64,000 nt of DNA, from positions 1 through 64,000 of IMG/VR virus record IMGVR_UViG_3300020048_000068; one strand, given 5' to 3'. A program made the translations under genes and the position numbers. Source of the stretch: a virus. Under the pieces are notes generated by a model. The model saw nothing but the letters and a program-made list of their open reading frames with translations, was not told the DNA's origin and did not search any database. Positions 41,601 through 50,344 of this stretch are shown here, piece by piece (positions within the stretch are counted from its first letter, which is position 1; each line of letters starts with the position of its first letter).

Positions 41601-44600
41601 TCAAGAATCATAGAATTTTTACTAAAAGTATCTTGTTTAAATAATTCTCTTACCTCACTCTTTTTTAAATTATTAGTTCTATCACGTAATAGATTACCTG
41701 CTGTATAACCAAACAATGTTTTACCACCTTCTCTAGTAGAAGTAACTGGTCTCTTATGACTATAAATAGACTGTTTTTTAGCTATATTTTGAAAATCATA
41801 TCCATTAAAAGTACTTTCGTTGAATGTAATCTCTTCACCTTTTAATATCTTATCAAATAAAGTAATTAATTGACCAAATATACTAGCTCTATCTAATTTT
41901 ACCTGTAAATTTCCGTGTTTATCTTTCTTATTACTAAGAATTTTAGAAAATGGAACCTTAATTCCATTACTATTATAAAACTTATCCTCTACAAAAGATG
42001 TAAATAATTCAGGTGATATATCAATACCTACTTTGTTTAACCAATTAATAAAAAGAGAACCGTCTTCTTTAAGGTCATTAGATGAATTAAGTAACTCATT
42101 ATACTCTTTAACTAATGTTCTTACTTTATCTACATCATAATTAGCATCGGTACTTGTTCCCAATCTTTCAGTAAGATTGTTTTTAATTTTACTAATCCAT
42201 CCTTTTTTAATTTCATTAGTAAGACTACTAAGATCGGTATCATACACTTTTAAATAATGCTTACCTTCATATTCATTAACAATTACCATCTTACTAATAC
42301 GTCTATTATTAGTAAAAGCAACAGTAAAGTTATGTTGTAATTGTGTGAGTTCTTTGAAATTGTTGTTTTTTAATAACTTACCTACAACTGTATTATCTTG
42401 TTTTTTCTTATAGTCATTTGTTTCTAGTTCATTAGTAAATTGTTTACCATCTTCTAACCATAACCAAGGTAAATTAGTAGCATTCTCTTTTAGAGCATTA
42501 ATTTTACCTTCAAAAGTAATATCAGAACAGTTTTCCGAACAAGTTAATTCTAGTAATTTATTCCATATTTCATTTCTATCTACATATTTAGGTAAACCCA
42601 AGAAAATAGTAGTTGTATTACCTTCACTATCTGTATCTAATTGACCAAATAAGAATCTTTTAAGTTTTTCTCCTACTTTCATAAAAGAATCTTTTTCAGC
42701 AGAATCTTTATCAAAACTAAGTTGACCTGAATCTTCTTTATCTGAATCTTCTTCACCTACTTCTTTAATTGCTTTTTCTAAAACAAGATTATCAAAAATA
42801 TCATTAATAAGAATACTTGTATCAAGACTATCTATATCACTAAATAAATTATTTATTTTAGAACTAAGTAATTCATAATCATTAATTAATAATGATACAT
42901 TTGGATACTTTTTTTTATCAACTCTCTTTAAAGTTAAGTCATGTAATTCTACTATGTTAGCTTTATTATCTAAGTGTTCCTTTATATATTTTTGAATTTC
43001 TTCTTTTAAACTTTTTTTATTTTCTTTAATATTAAGATCATTATTTAATATTTTAGTATGAAATAAAGATGATATACTATTAACTAATTCTGTTTTTTCA
43101 ACATCAGATATATTTGCAATACTTCTATTATATTCCCTAATTGATTCTAATGTAGTTAAGGGAGAAGGATGTACTTTTGGTTCAGTATCATTTAATATCT
43201 GATTAAGTACTTTTGCTTGTCTATAATCAGTTGAATACAGACCATTTATTGCATTAAAAGCATTAATAATAATATTTTTATCGTCATCATTAGTAAGTAC
43301 TATTTCTTCTTTCTTAGTGTCTTTATTATTAGCTGGTGTTTTTAATGCTTCTTGTATAACATCTTTAGGTTTATGTACTACTTGATTACTTGTTATATCT
43401 ACTTCAAGAATAGGTATTATATTAGGAGTATAATATGGTTCTTCATTATCATTAGCTACATTAAAACTTTTAATATTATGTACAAGATTCTGTTCAATGT
43501 AATCTAAATAATTTTCATATTCATCACTATTACTAAGAACACCATCTTTACTTACTAGTTTAATTTGTTTATTTAAACCAGTAATACCTTCCTTTGTTGT
43601 TAAGTTAAAAGGTAATAAACTTATGTTAATAGGAAGTGTATCTAAGAATCTATAAATGATATCTTTACTAGCATTTAATTGATCAGGAGTTTGTTCAAAA
43701 AAGTTACTAGTAATAGTAGTATCTTGATTTTCTCCATTTTCGTCTACAGAACTAATAGTAACACCTTTGTTTTTTACTTTTATATCAAATTTTTCAACAT
43801 ACTCTTCTTTATTGATTTTTACATAAGTTTGATAAAAATTCTTTATATAATTTTTAGCACCCTTCATTTCTGTAAAATTACCATCATCCTTCCCATATTC
43901 ATTTGTCGATATATCACTAATCTCTTTTATAAATGCTTTATCATTTCTATTGACGTTTGCTTTAACATATAAATACAACATATTTATAATACTGTCTTTT
44001 ATTGCTGTACTATGTTTCTTAATAGTTGATGTTTGTACACCTGATACTTGATATATTATTTTATCATTTATTTTATTAACAGGCATAAAGTAAACGAAAG
44101 TAGCATCTTCATTAGAGATTTCTTCGGGTATATAATCAATTTCTTCAAGTTTATTAGTAACATTGTTATATACACGATATGTTCTTCTACCATCAAATGA
44201 CTTATGATATATTCCAATTTTAGGTCTATTATCTTCTATCTGAGGAATATTTTTTAAAGGAATAAACTCTTCTTTAGTTTTAATTTTAGCAGGATTAAAA
44301 GTACCATTTGATCTTTCTGTAATTACTAAATTAAGAGACCCTTTTTCTAAAACAATATTTCTATATGTTCTAGCAATATTCTTAAGTCCTTCTATATGTT
44401 GCTGATTCTCATTATTGTGTACAGGATTAAAATAATTTACATCATAAGCATACGTAGAACCATAACTTAAATCATGATCTCTATGTTGCATAATCATAGG
44501 TACAGTATCTTTATACCTAAGAGAATCTTTTTCTATTTTGTAGTTAATATCTCTTGTTGTACCATCTCCATTATCTATTCTAATATCAGCACCTTTTGAT

Positions 44601-47600
44601 GATAATAAGTCAGCATAACTAGGTATTTTACCTATTATTTTAACATTATGTCCTACTAATAAAGGATCAGTATTAATTAATTGAGAATCAAAAGTAGAAT
44701 CAGATTCAACATCAGAATCTTCACTTTGCCACGTTAAAAACCTAACAGGAATGTTTTCTAATTGTTCATTAGTTGCTAATTTTACTACTAAAGGAGTTCC
44801 TACATTGAACTTATCTGGATGCGCAAATCCTTTTTCAGATACACCATTTTTATCAACTATTCCAAAATTAACATGTGATCCTTCTATCCAAACAGTTTTA
44901 ATTTCAATTTCTTTAGTTTCTTCATTTCTTTTTCTTACACTAATAGATGTAGAACCCAATCCTCTCATAGGTACTTTACTAATAAGACTATTATTATTGC
45001 CATAAATAGTAGGTTCAGATGTAGTACCAGATGCAGTAGTTGTAGTTTTTAGATTAGCAACACTAATATTCGCATTATAAATATTATCATTATCTTTTGA
45101 CCTTTCTTCTTCAGATCTATAATTAATACTTAATCTTTTTTCAAGATTATCTATGAAGTTCTGAGCTTGAAATATATCATGATACACCTTATCAATTTCT
45201 GCCTTATTATTTTTACCTTTAAATTCATTCCAACCTAATGCTATGTAATTAAATACAGTGTTAATTCTATTTTTATTATTAAAATTATTACCGAGATCAT
45301 TAACAAGTTTATTTATTACATCTCTAAAGGTAATTGTATTAATATCTCTGTTTTCATGTTTAGCCATACTTTTAACAAGAGTTTCAACTTCCTCTTTATA
45401 AAACTCTATATCTTCATTACTAAGATTACCTACTGTTAGTGGTGAAGGATGTATTTTAATAGAAGTATCTTCATTACTAGCAGCATTACGGAATATGTTA
45501 TCTATAACATCATTTATGTCAGTATTAGTATTTATTGGTACTTCTTTCTTCTCTTTTATTACCTTCTTTATAATATTATTTACTGGGTTACTTAGTTCTT
45601 CTCGTCTTGCTACATCTTCTTTTATTTCAACTTGTTCTTCTTTAGTAATTTTAAATTCTTTTTCTAAAGCAATTTTTACATCTTTAAGTTGTTCTAATTC
45701 TAAAACAATAATATCTTTATTTAGTTGATCTGGATTTTTTAAAAATTCTTCTAAATGACTTATTTCCTTTTCAATCTTAATAATTTTATCTGAAACATTT
45801 ACTACTTTATTTTGTACTCTAATTTCTGGTGTCTCAGGTATTGATTTAGTATAAAGTTCTACTTGTTTGTTAAAATTCTTTATTTCTACTTCTGCAAGTC
45901 TATCTTGTTCTTCTTTAGTATGAAGTTTAGTTATTTCTTCTCTTTTAATTTTTGCATCTTCTTCTGCTTGCTGTTGTTTTTTTATAGTTTCATTATATGA
46001 AAGCATTGGACCATAAGCACCGATAATAAGATTATCCTCTCTACGATCTTCGTCATTAATATCTGTATTATAATCATCTTCTATTTCTTTAAACTTCAAT
46101 TCATTCTTCTTAAGCCTTTCTTCAAATCCTTTTAATTCTTTTTTAAGAAACGATTTAATTTCACCATTAGTTTCTCTATCAATTGATTGTTTTACTGTTT
46201 TAATTAAACTTAGAGTAGCAAGTAGTTCACTTTTTGCAGTATGATATTCTTTACCTAAAGCACTTACACCACTATTAGATTTATTAATTTTATCAATATT
46301 AAATAATTCTTTTCTATATTTTTCAACACTATCTTGAATAATACCTAACTCTAATTTTGCATGAGTCATTGGTATTAACATATGGGATGGAGTTTTATCC
46401 GCAACTTCATCATCAAATATATATTTAGCATTTCTAGTCTGCTTAATTAATTCAGGATAAGTATTTTCAATTGCTTTAATATCATCAGTTTTATCTGGAT
46501 TAGCAGTTGCTTCTTTTAATGTATTTTCTAAGAAATTCAATTGAGAATTATACAAAGAAGCATCTCCTTCAGCATTAACTATGCGATCAAAATTTAAATT
46601 ATAAACAGAAGTATGTTTATTAAAATTACTAATCAAACTATTAGCAAGAGGAATATCATTATCATTAAATGCGTCTGATATTTTCTTTATATATTCAATT
46701 TTAATACCCTGATCCCTTTCTTTTAATAATTCTTTATGTGCTTTATACACTTTATCCATACCAGTGTATTTATCACCAATTTTATTAATACCGTAACCTA
46801 TAGCAGGAATAAATCCACCTCCAGCTGCACCACCAAGAACATTATTCCAAGTTTCAGCACTAGTAAAATACTCTGGTAATCTATCAGTAAAGAAATCATT
46901 ATCTTCTTCTAAACCAGCACTAATCATAGCATAATGTTTAGCCTCCCAATCATATACTTTCTGACGACCTTCTTCTTCACCTTCTAAAGACATACCAACA
47001 ACGGTTTTAACTGCTGTCTTTGCTATCTTATTAGGAATTAAATCTAATCCTCTTTCTAATACATTCCACTTACTAGCACCTTCTACTAATCCACCTTTAA
47101 TAGGACTATAAGTCATAAGTGCAGCTTCTACTGCTCCTAATGCTGTACCAGTAACAAAGTCTCTTCTAAACATATAACTAGCAGCTTCAGAAGCTTGTTT
47201 ATTTGCTTGTTCTTCAGGTATACCTTTATCTCTTAACGTCTGAAGGGTTTCTTCATATGTAGCAGCAGCATTCATAATTGCTTCTCTACCTCTACCAATA
47301 GCATATGTACCCATGAATACTTTCTTGGCATTCTTAGCAGTAGTAAGTCCTTGTAACATTTTACCTATTTTTTCTACCATACCTATACCAGTACCAATAG
47401 CTCCACCAACCGCTGTACCAAAACCGGGTGTTATTACCGTACCTATTCCTGCACCTATAAGAGCTGCTGCCCTAGCTTCAACAGCACTTTCTCCTACTAT
47501 ACCTATTACAGAACCAACTCCAGGAGCAATAACATTAGCCCACCAAGCAGGATCAGCAGGATTAACGGTATTAGGATCTCTTTCCAGGGCTATTTGCATG

Positions 47601-47989
47601 TTATCACGCATGAAATTAGAACCCCAACCATATAAACCACCAGACTTTATAGTTTCTCCCCATACATCGGCATCACCTATTGCCATTTTAGCAATATTAC
47701 CATTGAATAAATCGGGTAAAGTAGATGCATTTTGTGCAAACATACCTATACTACTAACAGCAAGATTCTTTAATCCAATACCTACTGTTTCAAGAATAGG
47801 AGTATTAGCTGCTGCTTTAGCATACATATTAGGATCATCTACTGATAAATCTTCTGGTGCTATTTTTCTTTTATATTCTGCAAAATTAGGAATATTATAA
47901 GATGCACCGTATAATAATGCACCTGCATATTCATTTGCGGCTGGATTAACTACTGGTGGTTTTAATACTTCATCTATAAGAAATGGCAT
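35612..47989 (-). CDS. crAss-like virion-packaged RNA polymerase polyprotein with C-terminal zincin-like domain
   Basis: 4125 aa; TDAQ, KP, RIPT..HSS, catalytic GLDFDVDK (about 39101-39125), AVD; LHEVVH near the C-terminus; Gly/Ala-rich hydrophobic N-terminus. Confidence 0.85.
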   Translation of the reverse strand: MPFLIDEVLKPPVVNPAANEYAGALLYGASYNIPNFAEYKRKIAPEDLSVDDPNMYAKAAANTPILETVGIGLKNLAVSSIGMFAQNASTLPDLFNGNIAKMAIGDADVWGETIKSGGLYGWGSNFMRDNMQIALERDPNTVNPADPAWWANVIAPGVGSVIGIVGESAVEARAAALIGAGIGTVITPGFGTAVGGAIGTGIGMVEKIGKMLQGLTTAKNAKKVFMGTYAIGRGREAIMNAAATYEETLQTLRDKGIPEEQANKQASEAASYMFRRDFVTGTALGAVEAALMTYSPIKGGLVEGASKWNVLERGLDLIPNKIAKTAVKTVVGMSLEGEEEGRQKVYDWEAKHYAMISAGLEEDNDFFTDRLPEYFTSAETWNNVLGGAAGGGFIPAIGYGINKIGDKYTGMDKVYKAHKELLKERDQGIKIEYIKKISDAFNDNDIPLANSLISNFNKHTSVYNLNFDRIVNAEGDASLYNSQLNFLENTLKEATANPDKTDDIKAIENTYPELIKQTRNAKYIFDDEVADKTPSHMLIPMTHAKLELGIIQDSVEKYRKELFNIDKINKSNSGVSALGKEYHTAKSELLATLSLIKTVKQSIDRETNGEIKSFLKKELKGFEERLKKNELKFKEIEDDYNTDINDEDRREDNLIIGAYGPMLSYNETIKKQQQAEEDAKIKREEITKLHTKEEQDRLAEVEIKNFNKQVELYTKSIPETPEIRVQNKVVNVSDKIIKIEKEISHLEEFLKNPDQLNKDIIVLELEQLKDVKIALEKEFKITKEEQVEIKEDVARREELSNPVNNIIKKVIKEKKEVPINTNTDINDVIDNIFRNAASNEDTSIKIHPSPLTVGNLSNEDIEFYKEEVETLVKSMAKHENRDINTITFRDVINKLVNDLGNNFNNKNRINTVFNYIALGWNEFKGKNNKAEIDKVYHDIFQAQNFIDNLEKRLSINYRSEEERSKDNDNIYNANISVANLKTTTTASGTTSEPTIYGNNNSLISKVPMRGLGSTSISVRKRNEETKEIEIKTVWIEGSHVNFGIVDKNGVSEKGFAHPDKFNVGTPLVVKLATNEQLENIPVRFLTWQSEDSDVESDSTFDSQLINTDPLLVGHNVKIIGKIPSYADLLSSKGADIRIDNGDGTTRDINYKIEKDSLRYKDTVPMIMQHRDHDLSYGSTYAYDVNYFNPVHNNENQQHIEGLKNIARTYRNIVLEKGSLNLVITERSNGTFNPAKIKTKEEFIPLKNIPQIEDNRPKIGIYHKSFDGRRTYRVYNNVTNKLEEIDYIPEEISNEDATFVYFMPVNKINDKIIYQVSGVQTSTIKKHSTAIKDSIINMLYLYVKANVNRNDKAFIKEISDISTNEYGKDDGNFTEMKGAKNYIKNFYQTYVKINKEEYVEKFDIKVKNKGVTISSVDENGENQDTTITSNFFEQTPDQLNASKDIIYRFLDTLPINISLLPFNLTTKEGITGLNKQIKLVSKDGVLSNSDEYENYLDYIEQNLVHNIKSFNVANDNEEPYYTPNIIPILEVDITSNQVVHKPKDVIQEALKTPANNKDTKKEEIVLTNDDDKNIIINAFNAINGLYSTDYRQAKVLNQILNDTEPKVHPSPLTTLESIREYNRSIANISDVEKTELVNSISSLFHTKILNNDLNIKENKKSLKEEIQKYIKEHLDNKANIVELHDLTLKRVDKKKYPNVSLLINDYELLSSKINNLFSDIDSLDTSILINDIFDNLVLEKAIKEVGEEDSDKEDSGQLSFDKDSAEKDSFMKVGEKLKRFLFGQLDTDSEGNTTTIFLGLPKYVDRNEIWNKLLELTCSENCSDITFEGKINALKENATNLPWLWLEDGKQFTNELETNDYKKKQDNTVVGKLLKNNNFKELTQLQHNFTVAFTNNRRISKMVIVNEYEGKHYLKVYDTDLSSLTNEIKKGWISKIKNNLTERLGTSTDANYDVDKVRTLVKEYNELLNSSNDLKEDGSLFINWLNKVGIDISPELFTSFVEDKFYNSNGIKVPFSKILSNKKDKHGNLQVKLDRASIFGQLITLFDKILKGEEITFNESTFNGYDFQNIAKKQSIYSHKRPVTSTREGGKTLFGYTAGNLLRDRTNNLKKSEVRELFKQDTFSKNSMILELLETSDNFKYSFSIFDISKEAIKFGTKKSYQDTDTVSLSDGDHELLGLGMHQDLSQGKLFEKYKGFGLRMSSILPPSFSDKTSTYGIKTVALDLTKQNFDIDSNNEVTMKDDLRDILRDQLITPELNRIIQFNKEPDYNIAGYDGSVFYQFPQMNYLTISVNGEDVRLIKYLRNKGIITPEIQEQIKTKTDLVLNKVFTSLVNDKIKIWNELGITTDSEYKFDTKYVETKFENIEKEYDQVVLSKLVAYDYIINTMLTNAEIGKLYYLDNAFYVKGKIPQGKVLADLTDKETDHVINETVDITYDNITKRLASLIAPGNQISNSVEKDEYTQINLADIISASTQLTELIVRLGEFGAQGYGNNNSTDAQEYTTTGEHLNILVRYGKIPDSEVDFTEKDKEDAIELFKSNRSLTEKDKLLLRKVLQPMKPVYSGMYFDKKYGILRPIYIKSSSIPLIPQVTVGLEIDDLRRLMEAVEKKEKRFVRASYQSANKIGAVKNPLSWVKKDGTAGYVNEGDVSFFDDKGEINDEIVDKVIANHSHILNRSNLRIQQDVPFKSELHDEDTISNMTQMAVLKLANGVTGLEGFKYQGKTYSGKKIQAINNELVRTLLNHKQKIFDETYDNIEKIEKLLKKEAKDKGIQDVEALTLKEVIDENGNSTYEFNIPIWLTPDPDKYESLLQSIINKHIIKFKMPGYSYVAGSSVGYKDKGIRKFKDFEHTSRIVWADKPIDHLTTNQVLISSKFRDNNDELIDLTSDDYSIEEKREDGSTYRKLNKDKISDELLKLISIRIPTSNHSSMSLDDIVGFLPLECGDLMLVAPDKTTQKGLDFDVDKENTYHYWTYQDQYGKIVPLHRKYEIKTIDEQLKIAEGKTKDELNDIKEKVINNLMVELDRSILSHDTVKTMTHVILSIDDAKEQSKAIKQTNAKASRWSKTFLSDEYQKQAMLKNASGKLGTAVYSNALIMQALMEQIAITDPEHQLELTMGDELFEVEIDGKIFDGKLGKIREEGQSRNVLEVLGERQNFAVDNGTANIMGDVNINKYTFDADVIMANMNMDKGETVNLGKNKINSISFLLLNQPIIKDYVKMMMKLSSNLSEYVEDKDQSVVNDLLDKYYVYNEKFYEDGRRRPVSHKGINLTNAQFARNIESTDVDNNYQQMCLDLFLKLKTFGEVQRKIQSPTKINAKGLGKSLLDTVDMLERIDVIKEDKFNIFKIRNASILLTNNNLPQHYIETGLEESKNKWLKLFPYQTDTLVDILKEIGGDKELTVKDKQDMIIETKKFIFSRNTLLFTNNSTNTTEQNRRDLFIDSKNNESLPTYLERATHELVIKNDLIRSFNYELKVDGTPSLIIFNNKQAEGVSEKGMYKALLSLLTTNISLVNGKEEVTSDPVLLEPRNGKPYTTHNLLFDLLAYNYLKGGIQQATEFGKFIPVLLLDLKFTEVVRNIDTYLHKSREEVAIINKNYKKNIFGLSEKRQSKIFIQYKQHHPETLPKKKYINADNVLVTNGKPVIYIPNKENYPTMFSVKLKSIKDDKGKKQPDKFFIYLKTDLNGVYHRIPVLGNRNIAEYNSSNEDFIYSSIVNNDNDNNNFDPAINDLFNNDLVENIKSDALNIEPIPFSSNNHDTIMSSIIKDVNIEDENKEVVAFLKQYALPLLKDIKVESKGEVVIDGVRVGGKFDTENNTISLNKPVVDKDVEEGSRIYLHEVVHGLLSEDISKYFDENSKLKEGIKIPDYMRELSVLYNKAKVELKDRNKIKSHKFVYDNHYTNAASDIHEFISEISSHKGIQQYLAKAPYTSTMNLYDKFIDIVKKFFNSLAGNNITSHTIKNIMVAIDVKRESMGLESMVKGELKPTQPVASVKPITPISNDLKTLEQIDRVITYTPKGKIQQTYTVKGEQIFNKKGIEVFKTNSIDRNKILFNMAIKEKRATIITYANQQYGVYDNNDIISIKTGNMMNWSNNNGNRIAILKLAKPEIHLSPIEQKELDEINKICNPNS

Positions 47990-48007
47990 AAGTTATTATT
48001 TATATTT

Positions 48008-50338
48008 TTATAAGAAAGCTGAAAATGTTTCCGACGGATATAATTCCCTTGAATTTTCTTCAGGTATTATTTGTTTTTCTTTTCTTTCTTCTTCAAGTTT
48101 ACTATAACGTGTAGGAAATATATGTATATTATTAGGATCAACAAAATATTTATCTAAAGATTCACCTTTACTTATCGCCATTTTCTTTTTTTCTTCTACT
48201 AATTGTTTAATTACAGTAGGGTTTGATTTATAAAGTTTAATATAGTCAGCTAATTCGCCATTAGCATCACTTCCTGTAATTATAGGTAAAACTAACACAT
48301 TACCATCTGGTTCTTTAATACTAGCAATAATACCACCACTTTGTGTTTTTCTAACGTATGCTGTAACATCATCATAATTAATTTCTGTTACTGCTCCATA
48401 ATTAATATTAGGTGTAGGAAGAGGTGCATTTTGTATACCAAAAACTAATCTTGCTAATTTAGAATCAGTAAGTGCTTCACCTAATGTTTTAGTAGTTTTA
48501 CCGTACTTACCTACTCTAATTGCTTCTTGTATTGGCATAGCAGCGTTTTCACTTATAATAAATGTAGTTACTTTATTATTATCTGATTTATCTACTGCTT
48601 GTATTTCAACTTTTCCTTCACCAATAGGAGTTATACTTTTAAACAAATAAGCATCTGTAAGATTACCTTTAGTACCAATCTTAGTATTTATAATGTCACT
48701 AGCACTGTTTTTATTATCATTTCCTTTTATTGTAAGTGTTGATGGTTCAGCAAGTAGAGCAATTGATGCTGCATCTTGTAAATCAGTTTGTCCTGCTATA
48801 ACTATACTCTTATTCTGATTAGCTTGATTATTTTGAATCATATTACTTTTTGCAACATATATACTATTATATTCATCTCTTAAACCCTTTGCTTCTTGAT
48901 ATTTTGCTGATAATTCTTGATATTCTTTTGCATAAGCTTTGTTTGTAGAACTATCACCCGGTTCCATATTAAATCTAAGTTGATTTAATTCTCCTAATCT
49001 TCTTTTATAATTATTTACATTTGCAAGTAATTCTTTTTGTTTAGTTGAAACTCCTTTACCATCATTCATTTCTTGATAAGTAATATCTCTTATTTGATTA
49101 TGTCTATTTATAGCATTACGTTGATTAAGATATATTTCATTTCTTTCTAATTCAGCTTCTCTTCTTTCATCTGGTGAAGCATTTTTATCAGCAAGAGTAG
49201 CATTAATAGAAGGTCTATTACCTCTTGGTGCATCTAACAATACTTTTTCAGTTCCCGGTACATATAATGGTGCTGAAGTAGTATTATTATTTTGTTCAGG
49301 AGAAGAACCTACTACTGGTAAATTAATATTACTTTTTGAACCACCAGAACTACCCGGTTTATTACCTTCTGCATCTAATATTATTGTACCACCACCATAT
49401 TTCGTTCCATATATTTCAGCAAATTTCTGTAATTGATAATCATCCAATGGCATAGCATCTTCTTTAATATTTGTCTTTCCATACTCAATTCTACCATTAG
49501 CATCTGTTTTATATACAGGTTTACCTTTTTCATCTGTTTCAAAGGTACGTTGATTTTTATCACTTTTAACTGGTACACGAGATACTCTTATTTTACCATA
49601 AAATAAATTATTACCCTTAGTATCTTTTTCTGATAAAACCGTTGGTCCTTTTCTAGTAGGATCAAAAGCATTCATTGAATGTATATAATTTTGATATGAT
49701 GGATCATTTTCTACTTCAGCTATAGCAGCACGTATAGCTATTGGTGATTTTCCTTTAACATGTTGTCCAGTATCATCTATATAATCACTATCAGGAATAG
49801 AACTTATTGCTTTATCTATTTTCTCAGTTACGTTAACATAATCAGGAACATAAGCTTGAGTTAATTCTTTACCTGCTTTTAATTCTTCAAGATTTTTCTT
49901 TTTTATAGCATTATAAACAGTACGTACATCTGCTTCACTTTTCTTAGGGTCTTTTAAGGCAGTAGCAAAACCAGTACTCCAATCAGAATAACCTTTAGTA
50001 TATCTACTAATATCACCTGTAGTCATATCTTTAGTAAGAGCACGACCTGCTTCTCTTAATTGTCCACCTATTTGTAGATATCTCATAGGATCAGTTTTTG
50101 CTAAACCAGCAGATTGTTCTACTAAATCTTGATACTGTTTGATTTTTGCTTGTAATTCAGGCATTGCTTCAGGATGTGTTTTAAGACTACCAAGTGCAGT
50201 ATCAAAATTACTAATACTTTGTTCATTAGTTTTAATAGTATTTCCTACAAGTTCAGTTAACTTTCCCATTTCTTCTAAAGGTAGTTTACTAAAAGAAGTA
50301 TCCATTTTAAATGGTGAATATAGCGACGGTATTTCCAT
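48008..50338 (-). CDS. large virion/ejected protein
   Basis: 776 aa immediately upstream of the vRNAP, the usual crAss-like arrangement. Confidence 0.6.
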   Translation of the reverse strand: MEIPSLYSPFKMDTSFSKLPLEEMGKLTELVGNTIKTNEQSISNFDTALGSLKTHPEAMPELQAKIKQYQDLVEQSAGLAKTDPMRYLQIGGQLREAGRALTKDMTTGDISRYTKGYSDWSTGFATALKDPKKSEADVRTVYNAIKKKNLEELKAGKELTQAYVPDYVNVTEKIDKAISSIPDSDYIDDTGQHVKGKSPIAIRAAIAEVENDPSYQNYIHSMNAFDPTRKGPTVLSEKDTKGNNLFYGKIRVSRVPVKSDKNQRTFETDEKGKPVYKTDANGRIEYGKTNIKEDAMPLDDYQLQKFAEIYGTKYGGGTIILDAEGNKPGSSGGSKSNINLPVVGSSPEQNNNTTSAPLYVPGTEKVLLDAPRGNRPSINATLADKNASPDERREAELERNEIYLNQRNAINRHNQIRDITYQEMNDGKGVSTKQKELLANVNNYKRRLGELNQLRFNMEPGDSSTNKAYAKEYQELSAKYQEAKGLRDEYNSIYVAKSNMIQNNQANQNKSIVIAGQTDLQDAASIALLAEPSTLTIKGNDNKNSASDIINTKIGTKGNLTDAYLFKSITPIGEGKVEIQAVDKSDNNKVTTFIISENAAMPIQEAIRVGKYGKTTKTLGEALTDSKLARLVFGIQNAPLPTPNINYGAVTEINYDDVTAYVRKTQSGGIIASIKEPDGNVLVLPIITGSDANGELADYIKLYKSNPTVIKQLVEEKKKMAISKGESLDKYFVDPNNIHIFPTRYSKLEEERKEKQIIPEENSRELYPSETFSAFL

Positions 50339-50344
50339 ATTATT

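Noticed and set aside
35612-47989. Inteins in the giant RNAP or other enzymes
   Set aside because: No C/S-start...HN-C/S/T splice motifs or embedded endonuclease motifs recognised.
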